From: Pseudomonadota bacterium
GTDB lineage: Bacteria; Bdellovibrionota_B; Oligoflexia; Oligoflexales; RGVZ01
Direction: 5' to 3'
Assembly (NCBI GenBank): GCA_041178085.1
Contig: JBEGVZ010000085.1
Span: 11,756-75,755, forward strand
DNA length: 64,000 nucleotides
Shown one piece after another: positions 18,301 through 25,798 of the stretch (its first letter is position 1; every line of letters begins with the position of its first letter). The position numbers and the translations under genes are program-made. Below the pieces are notes generated by a model that saw only the letters and a list, made by a program, of their open reading frames with translations, was not told where the DNA came from and did no database searches.

Positions 18301-20182
18301 GATGTCGTCCGTGAATTTGGACTCCGCAGCATCTGAAGTGTCTCTGGATGCAAACACGGACCCTTCGGTGCCTGATGTCTTGATTGCCGAATCTCAATCC
18401 GAAGGGGTTGCCCTTCACCATTTTCATTTGCCTACGTCAGGAACATTATCACTTAAATCGAAGCATGTAGTTTTTGCCGAGCAAAATTTGATCCACCCCT
18501 CTGTATCGTTTGATAGCACAAAGGCCATGTTCTGTGTGGCTGCAGCCAAGCGATTTGGGGCTTCCAAGTTTCAGCCTAGACTGCGCTGCGGTGAAATCGC
18601 CTCTTCCAATGCAGCGCTTCAACCGCTCGCTAGCCTTATTGAGTTTCCGCCGATCGAAGGACACGGGGAAGTGACAGATCTGCGTATTGCCCCTAGCGCA
18701 ACAGCGGGTCAATTTAATTTGGTCATTTCGACCAGCGCAAAAAAATTGTTTTCCTGGCTAGTTTCACCCCGTTCATGGGGGGCATTACCTACTGGGGCCG
18801 ATCCATTGTCCCTTGCGAGGTCGGCAGGATTTCCCTGCACGGCGCCCTGCACTGTATACAGCGCTGTCACTTATAAGGGTGCTCTTTATGTCGGGGGGGC
18901 ATTCATGCTGGTCGATCGTGATGGGCAGCAGGTATTCAGCAGCCTCGCACGCTTTTCGGTTGACGGTTGGGAGTCTGTCGGTGAGGCCAACCAGCCGGTG
19001 AAAGCTCTTGCTGTTTCGCCAAATGGCAGCGAGTTATATGCGGGGGGCGCGTTCACGACAATCAATAATATTCCAGCACCCTATATTGCGGCCTTTGATG
19101 GGATTACCTGGACTCCTGTCCCTCCGGCTGGAGCACCTACGGCTCCTGTTTCCGCTTTGGCTTTCGACTCCTATAGCGATCTTTTTGTCGGCGCGGGGGA
19201 TATTTATAAACTGAGCGCAGGGTCATGGGTTACACACATTAATTTGTCAGGTTGCGGTGAAGTTCGTTCGATCAAAGTTGATTTGACCAACAAGGTGCAT
19301 ATTGCAACTGCAACTATCTGCTCCGCGCAGCCACTGAGTGGTCCTTCTGTGAATTACGCACCAGTTGGCACGGCTGCCATGGCGGTTGGTGAAGACGGGT
19401 TGCCTTATGCCGCTGGCGCCATCGTTGCTGGTGGTGGTGCCGCGCCCTTCGTGAAGAAGTGGACTACGACTCTTGGTGCTGAATGGTCTTGGTCGGACGT
19501 AAACTCCAACCTGTTGCCTTCGAGTGGCTTTCTGCCAGCAGCAATAGCTGCAATCGCTGGTCATGTTTTTGTGGCCGGTAACGACAAAATCGTTCGATTA
19601 AATGGAACTACCTGGACGGTCGGCGCGTGCAGCGCAGCTGACCCCACGCAGGAGATTCGATCTTTGTTGCCGACGTCATGGGGCTTGGTAGCCGCTGGGA
19701 ACATGTCGGCCATAAAATGCGGCACGAACACGTTGGACAATACAGCTGGCGTGGCCCTATTGGGGAGTTATGCGGTGCTAGCAAGCTTTGCAGGGGAGAG
19801 TTCTTCTGGGTTCGGAGCTTACTGGGATTCCATTACAAAACGGCTTCATTTTGCGCAAAAATTGGACATCCCTGTATCTGGCAGCTACGTAAGGTATTTT
19901 AACTTCGATGCGGAGAGGCTCACGTGGGGGGAATCCGGCGATGTTCCTGCGCCAAGTAATGCCGTCAGGCCGTTTCCCTTGGTTTCTGGCAGTTCTCTAA
20001 AAGTCTTCTGGTCGCTGCCTGGTTCCGTTCAGGAAGCATCGCGCACACAAATACACAATGGTAGTAGCGTTTTTGGAAGTGCAAGTAATACTTTTAATCC
20101 GGTGAACTACCCCGGCATTGTTGGCGACCCAGCCAAAGTTTATGCGATCGGGTCAAGTGGCCTTCAATTCAGGGCGCCGTGA
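15374..20182 (+). CDS. Giant surface lipoprotein (1,602 aa): IPT/Ig-like repeats, FN3, C-terminal propeller-like repeats
   Basis: GAGAGGGAGAA RBS. Signal peptide with lipobox L-S-G-C (Cys34). Ig-boundary motifs VDNTPP, NDIAPT, VDNAKPEV, WDTVAPPPP. FN3-like APANLAAAPSERKIDLAWSAVPRATAYEI...GLTDGTSYMF. Recurring GGAF...FDG..W blades in the last ~680 residues. Confidence 0.85.
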   Translation: MAFNLPLMVVPPLRTRLILGRLGVIVSVASLSGCLRGPALLQSSGSIQSTELVVLSVTEDDGAATGDYDPDHRGDQLLRASATSAISGASVLFPAGALSFPLSVTIEEGVSIANASVATEIGLTSLGDAGAAVVLSAGASVNTDAPLVLSLPLPQISALSLLLSLLDDPYAKMAVIYRVVDAATGKTETGVIPRREVEIKDGKAVVTTTRFGTFQTVVLPEDEVTERKKVESEVKQDIITKRTERLLPQISDQLTLSPGPSGKVGERTEVVLSGSNFKEHLKLSLKNAAGIWKIKTKLKVSSEGSTVSFYYPSDAPEGVQFDLVVEQSGVERVIPAPPFDKSGPGLTVVVQAATGSPSWTNDRFVKSSHQYDVTVTVTDYHRLGMALVDIVGTAGNASASVTTPSVSGNQLVFSLKTFAGNGALAVFLKPGAFLDDAGNGSASTPVSSFRVDNTPPLIEMNSPILSASKSGIQLNPKISDAGAGQIVCSWTASAVTFANSSQCVTIATVTGNGDKTVTIEARDAIGNSSSFNAILRVNDIAPTLSVVKTSVGLTNGFATTADVEFLLNYTGASRIDIGPGKVTISKEGDVVASVKSVTVVTQPTSAKVVVAITSGSGIIGLNVDAGTAFNDVETGAPSGNLAPTAAQGLVVDNAKPEVSSFVVPAPGVFKSAFTPTGAATDAGGSGMDPVSWAAEGTPAANIDITQTPLMISGGTTQGTYRVKVTAVDKAGNSNSKILQFEWDTVAPPPPAVAPASGIKFAQNFDALISTTETNVKFAVNGPSNSIPADPNCAGTLSTPDAAGNLAVLVTAPTGPGTKYLKVVTCDLAGNASILVVREFVAAAPDEAPANLAAAPSERKIDLAWSAVPRATAYEITQSNLGTVTVFMTSYSAAGLTDGTSYMFTICGKNQYGTATGAQCASITETAGAQKRLGRPSQINSFKKDSSWDVVSYREGLALKFIAHSSGLIESSSDSWKMSSVNLDSAASEVSLDANTDPSVPDVLIAESQSEGVALHHFHLPTSGTLSLKSKHVVFAEQNLIHPSVSFDSTKAMFCVAAAKRFGASKFQPRLRCGEIASSNAALQPLASLIEFPPIEGHGEVTDLRIAPSATAGQFNLVISTSAKKLFSWLVSPRSWGALPTGADPLSLARSAGFPCTAPCTVYSAVTYKGALYVGGAFMLVDRDGQQVFSSLARFSVDGWESVGEANQPVKALAVSPNGSELYAGGAFTTINNIPAPYIAAFDGITWTPVPPAGAPTAPVSALAFDSYSDLFVGAGDIYKLSAGSWVTHINLSGCGEVRSIKVDLTNKVHIATATICSAQPLSGPSVNYAPVGTAAMAVGEDGLPYAAGAIVAGGGAAPFVKKWTTTLGAEWSWSDVNSNLLPSSGFLPAAIAAIAGHVFVAGNDKIVRLNGTTWTVGACSAADPTQEIRSLLPTSWGLVAAGNMSAIKCGTNTLDNTAGVALLGSYAVLASFAGESSSGFGAYWDSITKRLHFAQKLDIPVSGSYVRYFNFDAERLTWGESGDVPAPSNAVRPFPLVSGSSLKVFWSLPGSVQEASRTQIHNGSSVFGSASNTFNPVNYPGIVGDPAKVYAIGSSGLQFRAP

Positions 20183-20228
20183 AGAGCATTCTCCAAAATC
20201 GATGGTTAGGTGTATAATCTCTGACACC

Positions 20229-20921
20229 ATGGCGTCTCCCACCATCATCCTTGTCATCCCCTGCTTCAATGAAGCACGTCGGATTGATCTTAAAGTCTTT
20301 GCCGCTGCGGCGAAGCAGGTGCGCTTTCTTTTTGTCGATGACGGCAGCACCGATGGAACCGGGGATGTGATCTCTGCCCGTTTGCCCGAAGGTGGAAAGC
20401 TTCTGCGCCTGAAAAAAAATCAGGGCAAAGCCGAGGCGGTCCGCCAAGGAGTTTTGTCTGCTCTTGATGGCGAGAAGGTAGACTGGATCGGTTACTGGGA
20501 CGCGGACTTGTCGACCCCTCTGGATGAGGTCGAAAAGTTTCTTGAGTTTGCGGGTGACGCAGACGGGATTTATGGCTCGCGCGTCAAGCGACTTGGAGCA
20601 ACCATTGTACGGTCTCGTTTCAGACACGGCGTGGGGCGCACGTTTGCCACGGTGTCGCAGATGCTGCTTCACCTTGATGCCTACGACACTCAGTGCGGGG
20701 CCAAGCTTTTCCGTCCAGAGGTTGCCCGCAAGGCGTTCAGCAAGCCATTTATTTCGCGCTGGATCTTTGATGTTGAGATCCTTCTGCGCCTTCGGGGGCA
20801 CCGCATCATTGAATATCCCCTCAGTCGCTGGGAAGACGTACGCGGCAGCAAGGTGCGCGTTTTTTCCTCTGCTATCAGGATATTCACCGACCTTATCGCC
20901 ATCAGGAGGCGCTATCTGTGA
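20229..20921 (+). CDS. GT2 glycosyltransferase, dolichyl/polyprenyl-phosphate hexose synthase-like (DPM1/Alg5-type)
   Basis: IILVIPCFNEARRI, FLFVDDGSTDGT, YWDADLSTPL, DTQCGAKLFR. The ORF is open from 20118, but that part overlaps the giant gene; ATG 20229 fits the family N-terminus. Confidence 0.8.
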   Translation: MASPTIILVIPCFNEARRIDLKVFAAAAKQVRFLFVDDGSTDGTGDVISARLPEGGKLLRLKKNQGKAEAVRQGVLSALDGEKVDWIGYWDADLSTPLDEVEKFLEFAGDADGIYGSRVKRLGATIVRSRFRHGVGRTFATVSQMLLHLDAYDTQCGAKLFRPEVARKAFSKPFISRWIFDVEILLRLRGHRIIEYPLSRWEDVRGSKVRVFSSAIRIFTDLIAIRRRYL

Positions 20922-21271
20922 AGTCGTTCAGCGTCGCTGCACTGGGCCTCAATCCCTGGGTCAATTTGATTCTTGCCGGATGTTTTGAGATGGGCTTCAC
21001 GACCTGCATGAAGCTTTCGGACGGTTTTACGCGTTGGCCCTGGGTCGCTGGATTTCTTGGCTTTGCAGTCCTTAGCTTTGCCTGTCTCTCGGCATCGCTG
21101 TCAGAAATACCCCTTGGAACGGCCTATGCAGTCTGGACCGGGCTTGGGGCCTTTGGCACCGCGGTGATCGGTATTCTTTTTTTCAACGAGCCGGCCAGTG
21201 CGGCGCGGATCATCTTGCTCCTTCTTTTGATCGCGTCCATTGTAGGACTGAAGGCGTTTTCAAACGCCTGA
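20918..21271 (+). CDS. sugE: SMR-family small membrane transporter, SugE/Gdx-like
   Basis: LAGCFEMGF (membrane Glu), KLSDGFTRW and LGTAYAVWTGLGAFGTAVIGILFF...IVGLK align well with SugE. The GTG start overlaps the GT2 stop as GTGA. Confidence 0.8.
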   Translation: MKSFSVAALGLNPWVNLILAGCFEMGFTTCMKLSDGFTRWPWVAGFLGFAVLSFACLSASLSEIPLGTAYAVWTGLGAFGTAVIGILFFNEPASAARIILLLLLIASIVGLKAFSNA

Positions 21272-21287
21272 GCGAAGGAGTGTTGCA

Positions 21288-21902
21288 ATGAAAATCGCAG
21301 TGATCAGTGGTAGCCACCGGGCTAATAGCCAGTCACGCAAGGTGGCAGATTTTATTTGCAAGCAATTGGGCGAGATGTCTGGTTTTGCCGAGCCGTGGCT
21401 TTTTGATCTTGCGACCGAAAAACTTCCCCTTTGGGACGAAGGGGTTTGGTCCGGTGAGGAGCGCTGGAAAAAGATCTGGCAGCCGGTCTCGCAAAACCTC
21501 AAAGCATGCGATGGCCTTGTGGTCATAGCGCCTGAATATGCGGGCATGGTACCGGCTGCCCTGAAAAATTTCTTTCTGTTAACGGGTAACGCCGAAGTCG
21601 GCCACAAGCCTGCGCTCATCGTCACGGTCTCTGCGGGAATGGGTGGGGCCTACCCAAACATGGAACTGCGCGCCTCAAGCTACAAAAACAACCGCATTCT
21701 CTATATCCCCGATCATGTTGTGATCCGGAATGTGGAACACCTGATGAATGTCGCCCATGACGGGGACATCACACCCGAGGACCAGTACATCCGTGGACGC
21801 CTGGCCTACTCTCTTGGTGTGCTCAATGAATATGCCAAAGCGCTGAAGGTGGTCCGGGAAAGCGGAATCATTGATTTCAAGACTTACCCCAACGGGATGT
21901 AA
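21288..21902 (+). CDS. NAD(P)H-dependent FMN reductase family oxidoreductase
   Basis: MKIAVISGSHRANSQSRKVA N-terminus and LVVIAPEYAGMVPAALKNF. GAAGGAG RBS. Confidence 0.8.
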   Translation: MKIAVISGSHRANSQSRKVADFICKQLGEMSGFAEPWLFDLATEKLPLWDEGVWSGEERWKKIWQPVSQNLKACDGLVVIAPEYAGMVPAALKNFFLLTGNAEVGHKPALIVTVSAGMGGAYPNMELRASSYKNNRILYIPDHVVIRNVEHLMNVAHDGDITPEDQYIRGRLAYSLGVLNEYAKALKVVRESGIIDFKTYPNGM

Positions 21903-21914
21903 TGGGTTTCGGGA

Positions 21915-23018
21915 TTACATCTTCGACATGACTCCGGCCTTCACTTGAAGCAAGAATCTGTGGCCGAACTTGTCGGCATTGCTGGTTTCTTCAAACCGCG
22001 CTTGAGATCCCGCAAGACCGAAGTAGGGCATGAATTTATCCGTGTACCGGGTCCACCGGGTGCCGATGGAGAGAGAAGTGATGTTGTCATCGATCTCACC
22101 CGTCTCAGTGACGTCGGCCGAGTTTCCCTTTTTGTCTCCGTCTCCTTGCCGGATGTCAAACCACTGCCAGCGGATAAATGGAGTCCACTCGCCAGACGCA
22201 TACTCGACCAGGCCGGAAACGTAGCTCCTGCGATGAATGAACTCCTCTTCTCCGTTTCGACGCCCCTGCTGGTCTTGGGCCATGTGCAGAAAGCCAAGCC
22301 ATGGGCCTTCTTGGTAAAGAGCGCCAAGCGTTGCAATTCGTGAGTGGCCCGCGTCGTAAGTTGCCAGCTGCAGCATGGGCTTCCATGCTGTGCCAAGAAA
22401 GCCCGGGATTTGCACTTGAAAGGTCGCGGCTGGTTGCGTGCCAGAGGAATAATATCCCCCGCCCGTCCGCACTCCGGCGTCGTCTTCAATGATCTTCACG
22501 TCATCAATGATCTGGAGCTTCCAGGAAGGACTCTCGGGCGAAGCCTGAAAGGCCACTTCAAAAGTCTGCTTGCTGTAGCCGCTGAGGATCGCAGTGGCCC
22601 CCTGCGTCATGGGGAAACCTCCGGTGCCGACATATTCCGTGAGCGAGTAAGGCCACTCGTATCCAGAGATATGATTCCACGTTCGACCACTGCCGATTGA
22701 CCAGCGTGGGTCGAGCTGGAGACGGAGCATGGCATAATCCAGCGGCGTTTTAGCCGTCGGCTCAAAGGCAAGCCGGATAAAAAAAGTGATCGATGGCGCG
22801 AGTTCGCCCGTGAGCTTCAATTTCATGCGCTCAATAGCCATGTTGGCCGCCGGACGTTCGCGCTGTGTGTCCTCTGGATTTTGAAAACCTCGATTGTCAA
22901 AAGAAAGGCCGGAGCGGAATTCATGCCCGGTTTTTGGCCACTTGATTTCTTCGGCAAAGGCTCTGCCTTGTGTTGCGATAAACGCAGCCATAAAACCGAT
23001 CCAGAATTTCCGCCCCAT
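21915..23018 (-). CDS. Putative outer-membrane porin-like beta-barrel
   Basis: ATG 23018 gives the signal peptide MGRKFWIGFMAAFIATQGRAFA/EE, followed by a long alternating-strand sequence. The upstream extension to 23120 would overlap the preceding gene. Confidence 0.6.
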   Translation of the reverse strand: MGRKFWIGFMAAFIATQGRAFAEEIKWPKTGHEFRSGLSFDNRGFQNPEDTQRERPAANMAIERMKLKLTGELAPSITFFIRLAFEPTAKTPLDYAMLRLQLDPRWSIGSGRTWNHISGYEWPYSLTEYVGTGGFPMTQGATAILSGYSKQTFEVAFQASPESPSWKLQIIDDVKIIEDDAGVRTGGGYYSSGTQPAATFQVQIPGFLGTAWKPMLQLATYDAGHSRIATLGALYQEGPWLGFLHMAQDQQGRRNGEEEFIHRRSYVSGLVEYASGEWTPFIRWQWFDIRQGDGDKKGNSADVTETGEIDDNITSLSIGTRWTRYTDKFMPYFGLAGSQARFEETSNADKFGHRFLLQVKAGVMSKM

Positions 23019-23043
23019 GCTCTCGATTCCCCAATGGATTATT

Positions 23044-23577
23044 TCAGCAAGCTTTTGCGTCTTCACGGAGTCGCCAGACGCCCCGGCGAAGATCGTACAC
23101 GAACCACCTGGTGTTGGCATTGCCGGCTGTATTCAGTCCCTTGAGGGCGATCTCCCGCGCACGGCTCGCCAGCTTTACCAGGTTGTGGGCTGAAGCCAGC
23201 TTGAATTGTTGTGACGCCTCTTCGGCACCGGCGCGCGGGTAAAGCGCAGCGAGAAGATCCTGACGGTCAAGTTCCTGGCCCGGGGCATCGATCAAAGTTT
23301 TGAACAGTTTGAAGAGAAGGGGCCGGTAATTCATGGCGACTTTCTCGTTGCCACAGTGAACGTGGCATTCGCTGTACCAGACGGGTGGCGGAAGTAGCCC
23401 CGCACCGGCAATCTTTGCCGTGTCTTGCTGCAAGCTAAAGGCGTCCGTCAGGCGCGCCGTGATCACGGCCAGCTCACTTGCCCTTGAGCGCAGGCCTTGA
23501 AACATGGCCAGGGTTTCGACCCGGTCAAAAAGCGTGTTTTCCTGTGCCGGTCTAATCGTTGCGAGATCAAATTGCAT
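23044..23577 (-). CDS. Winged-helix (OmpR/PhoB C-terminal-type) DNA-binding protein without receiver domain
   Basis: The segment YRPLLFKLFKTLIDAPGQELDRQDLLAALYP...HNLVKLASRAREIAL resembles trans_reg_C. The stop is 25 nt before the porin-like gene. Confidence 0.55.
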   Translation of the reverse strand: MQFDLATIRPAQENTLFDRVETLAMFQGLRSRASELAVITARLTDAFSLQQDTAKIAGAGLLPPPVWYSECHVHCGNEKVAMNYRPLLFKLFKTLIDAPGQELDRQDLLAALYPRAGAEEASQQFKLASAHNLVKLASRAREIALKGLNTAGNANTRWFVYDLRRGVWRLREDAKAC

Positions 23578-23973
23578 GGGACATCCTCCTGTGTCTCAAA
23601 GGGGCGAACGCGTCGCGCGCCCGGCCCCGGTTTCAGGGGATGGGAAATGTAGGATTCCCGGACAGGATGCAATCGCGTTGCGCAGAGGACATCTGCTCAC
23701 ATGTCATGATTCATGAGGAAATCAGGCTGCTTGCGACAATCTTGTCAGGCCACGGGAACTCCCTGGCAAGAACCGGCATCCATGACGAAATTTCGTAGAC
23801 ACTCTTTTTGAGGGCGGGTTATACGGCGTCGGCTGGGCCTTGGGGAGAGGTAGTTGGTGGGCGGTGGGATCTTTTGCCGGATGGCTGCTCGATCCCTCAC
23901 AAACGGCCCGGAGCCGACGCTGTCCGGTGAGCCCGGATTGTTTTCATGATCAGACACCTATGCTGAGAAATCG

Positions 23974-24384
23974 ATGAGTCGTGAAAGATGGCATCCGCTG
24001 CCGGCCAAAGCCTTCGCCGGACTGGATCTTTTAAGCCGCTGGAAGCCCTACCGCGAGGGCATGTGCAATGGCTGTCTGTCCTATTGTTGCCATTTGCCGG
24101 TCGAGGCATCAGCGAGCGACATGGTCAGACTGGGCTTTGCTGAACAAGATGAGTACCGCGATTCCCCGCGCAAACTTTTCCGCAAGCTGTCAGCTCAAAA
24201 AATTGTCTCTGCATTCCGCCAGAAGACGGGTCTCTTCACGCTTGCTCAGAAACCCGATGGCAGTTGTATTTTTCTTGGCGCGGACCGGCGCTGCACGGTT
24301 TACGAAAAGAGGCCCGAAGTGTGCCGCAAGTTCCCTTCCGTTGGCCCCCGGCCGGGGTTTTGCCCGGAACGTAAAATGAAGTGA
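23974..24384 (+). CDS. YkgJ-family cysteine-cluster (CxxCxxCC) protein
   Basis: CNGCLSYCC motif plus C-terminal CIFL...RRCTVYEKRPEVCRKFP, typical of the YkgJ/UPF0153 family. Confidence 0.75.
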   Translation: MSRERWHPLPAKAFAGLDLLSRWKPYREGMCNGCLSYCCHLPVEASASDMVRLGFAEQDEYRDSPRKLFRKLSAQKIVSAFRQKTGLFTLAQKPDGSCIFLGADRRCTVYEKRPEVCRKFPSVGPRPGFCPERKMK

Positions 24385-24426
24385 CTTTACGGGCTTTTGG
24401 CAGTCGAATCCATTTAACGGTGTGGT

Positions 24427-25638
24427 TTACCGGGCATGGGCGGGGCTTAGTTTTCTGGCAATGACCGCTGCAGCCCCCGTCAAGGTGGCGGCCACATAAA
24501 AAGGCCATGTCGGATTCAGTTGGAAGATCGCGCCGGCAGCTGCAGGTCCGAGCACCCGGCCCAAAGAGGCCAGCGACTGATTGAGGCCAAGGACACTGCC
24601 CTGCTCCGAAGGGTCGCTCGATTTGGAGATGAGGGATGAGTTGGATGGATTGAACGTGCCAGATCCCGTCGCCAGAAGGACTGCCGTGCATACCATCAAG
24701 GGAAAGACACCCGTCTGGCCAGCCAGCGGAATCGCAACCATCGCGAGCGTCAGGACAATCAGTCCCCAGCGCGCGAGCTTGATCTCGCCAAACGTACGTG
24801 TCAGTCGGCCGATTAGAAAACCTTGGATCAAGACTGCCGTAAATCCAACCGCTACCAGGTAGACGGCAGTCAGTTGCGAGGCCGCCCTGATGCGCGCCTC
24901 CCCTGCCGATTCAGTGACCCAGATCGCTTCAATGAAAAGGCCGATCACCTGCTCCATGATCGCAAAGCCCAGGGTGTAGATGAACGTCATGGTGAAAAGA
25001 GTGCCCACGTTTGGCCGTTTCGCAGCTTCCTTTAAAGCCGCCCATGAGATGAACTTGCGATGGTTGCGAGCAGCCGCGCCGGGTTTCAGGGTCTCGGGCA
25101 GCATGAAGGCGGCAAAGATGAAGTTGCCGACTGCCAGAATCGCCGAGAAGTAGGCAGGCCAGACCGGGGAGTATTGGCCAAGGATGCCGCCAATTGCAGG
25201 TCCAATGATGAAACCAAGGCCAAAAGCCGCTCCGATCAGGCCCATACCCTTGGCGCGGTCCTCCGGACGGGTCACGTCAGAGATAATGGCCTGCGCAGTG
25301 CCCAGGTTGGCGTTGCCAAATCCGGCCAGCATCCTGGCAGCAAAAAGGGTTGCCAGATTTTGCCCCAGGCCAAAGATGAGGTGGCCAACGGCACTTACGG
25401 CGACGCTGAGCAGGATCACCGGACGGCGTCCAATGCGGTCGGAAACCCGCCCCCAGAAGGGGGCAAATAGAAACTGCATGAGCGAGTATGACGCCCCGAG
25501 CAGAGTTACCTGCGCGGCCGTAGCACCAAAGTTTTCGACATAGAATGGCTGGATCGGGATCATGATCCCGAAGCCGAGCAGGTCCAGGAAGATGGTAAAG
25601 AAAGCGATCGCAAGTGGGCGGGAGCTTTGGGATTTCAT
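24427..25638 (-). CDS. MFS transporter (TetA/efflux-like)
   Basis: 12 predicted TM segments; MFS motif A GRVSDRIGRRPVIL; 403 aa. Confidence 0.9.
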   Translation of the reverse strand: MKSQSSRPLAIAFFTIFLDLLGFGIMIPIQPFYVENFGATAAQVTLLGASYSLMQFLFAPFWGRVSDRIGRRPVILLSVAVSAVGHLIFGLGQNLATLFAARMLAGFGNANLGTAQAIISDVTRPEDRAKGMGLIGAAFGLGFIIGPAIGGILGQYSPVWPAYFSAILAVGNFIFAAFMLPETLKPGAAARNHRKFISWAALKEAAKRPNVGTLFTMTFIYTLGFAIMEQVIGLFIEAIWVTESAGEARIRAASQLTAVYLVAVGFTAVLIQGFLIGRLTRTFGEIKLARWGLIVLTLAMVAIPLAGQTGVFPLMVCTAVLLATGSGTFNPSNSSLISKSSDPSEQGSVLGLNQSLASLGRVLGPAAAGAIFQLNPTWPFYVAATLTGAAAVIARKLSPAHAR

Positions 25639-25798
25639 CTCAGTCTTTCCGGGAAGCTAAAAAGGGCCCCATTCAGGGCTAGCATCCCCTGCGAAAATAG
25701 ATCAACGGCCTTGCCCAACGCAACCGCCAAGCTGCCGAAATCACCCGAACTTGGGGTTACCTGGGATATACTTGAAGACTGGGACGGAGGCCCACCCC

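Noticed and set aside
20860-20920. Guanidine riboswitch upstream of the SugE/Gdx-like gene.
   Set aside because: There is no leader. The SMR start codon overlaps the stop of the upstream GT2 gene.
23839-23860. yybP-ykoY (Mn2+) riboswitch because of UUGGGGAGAGGUAGUUGG.
   Set aside because: Only a loose resemblance to the GGGGAGUAG loop. The partner 3' conserved loop is not seen, and the downstream gene is not a metal exporter.
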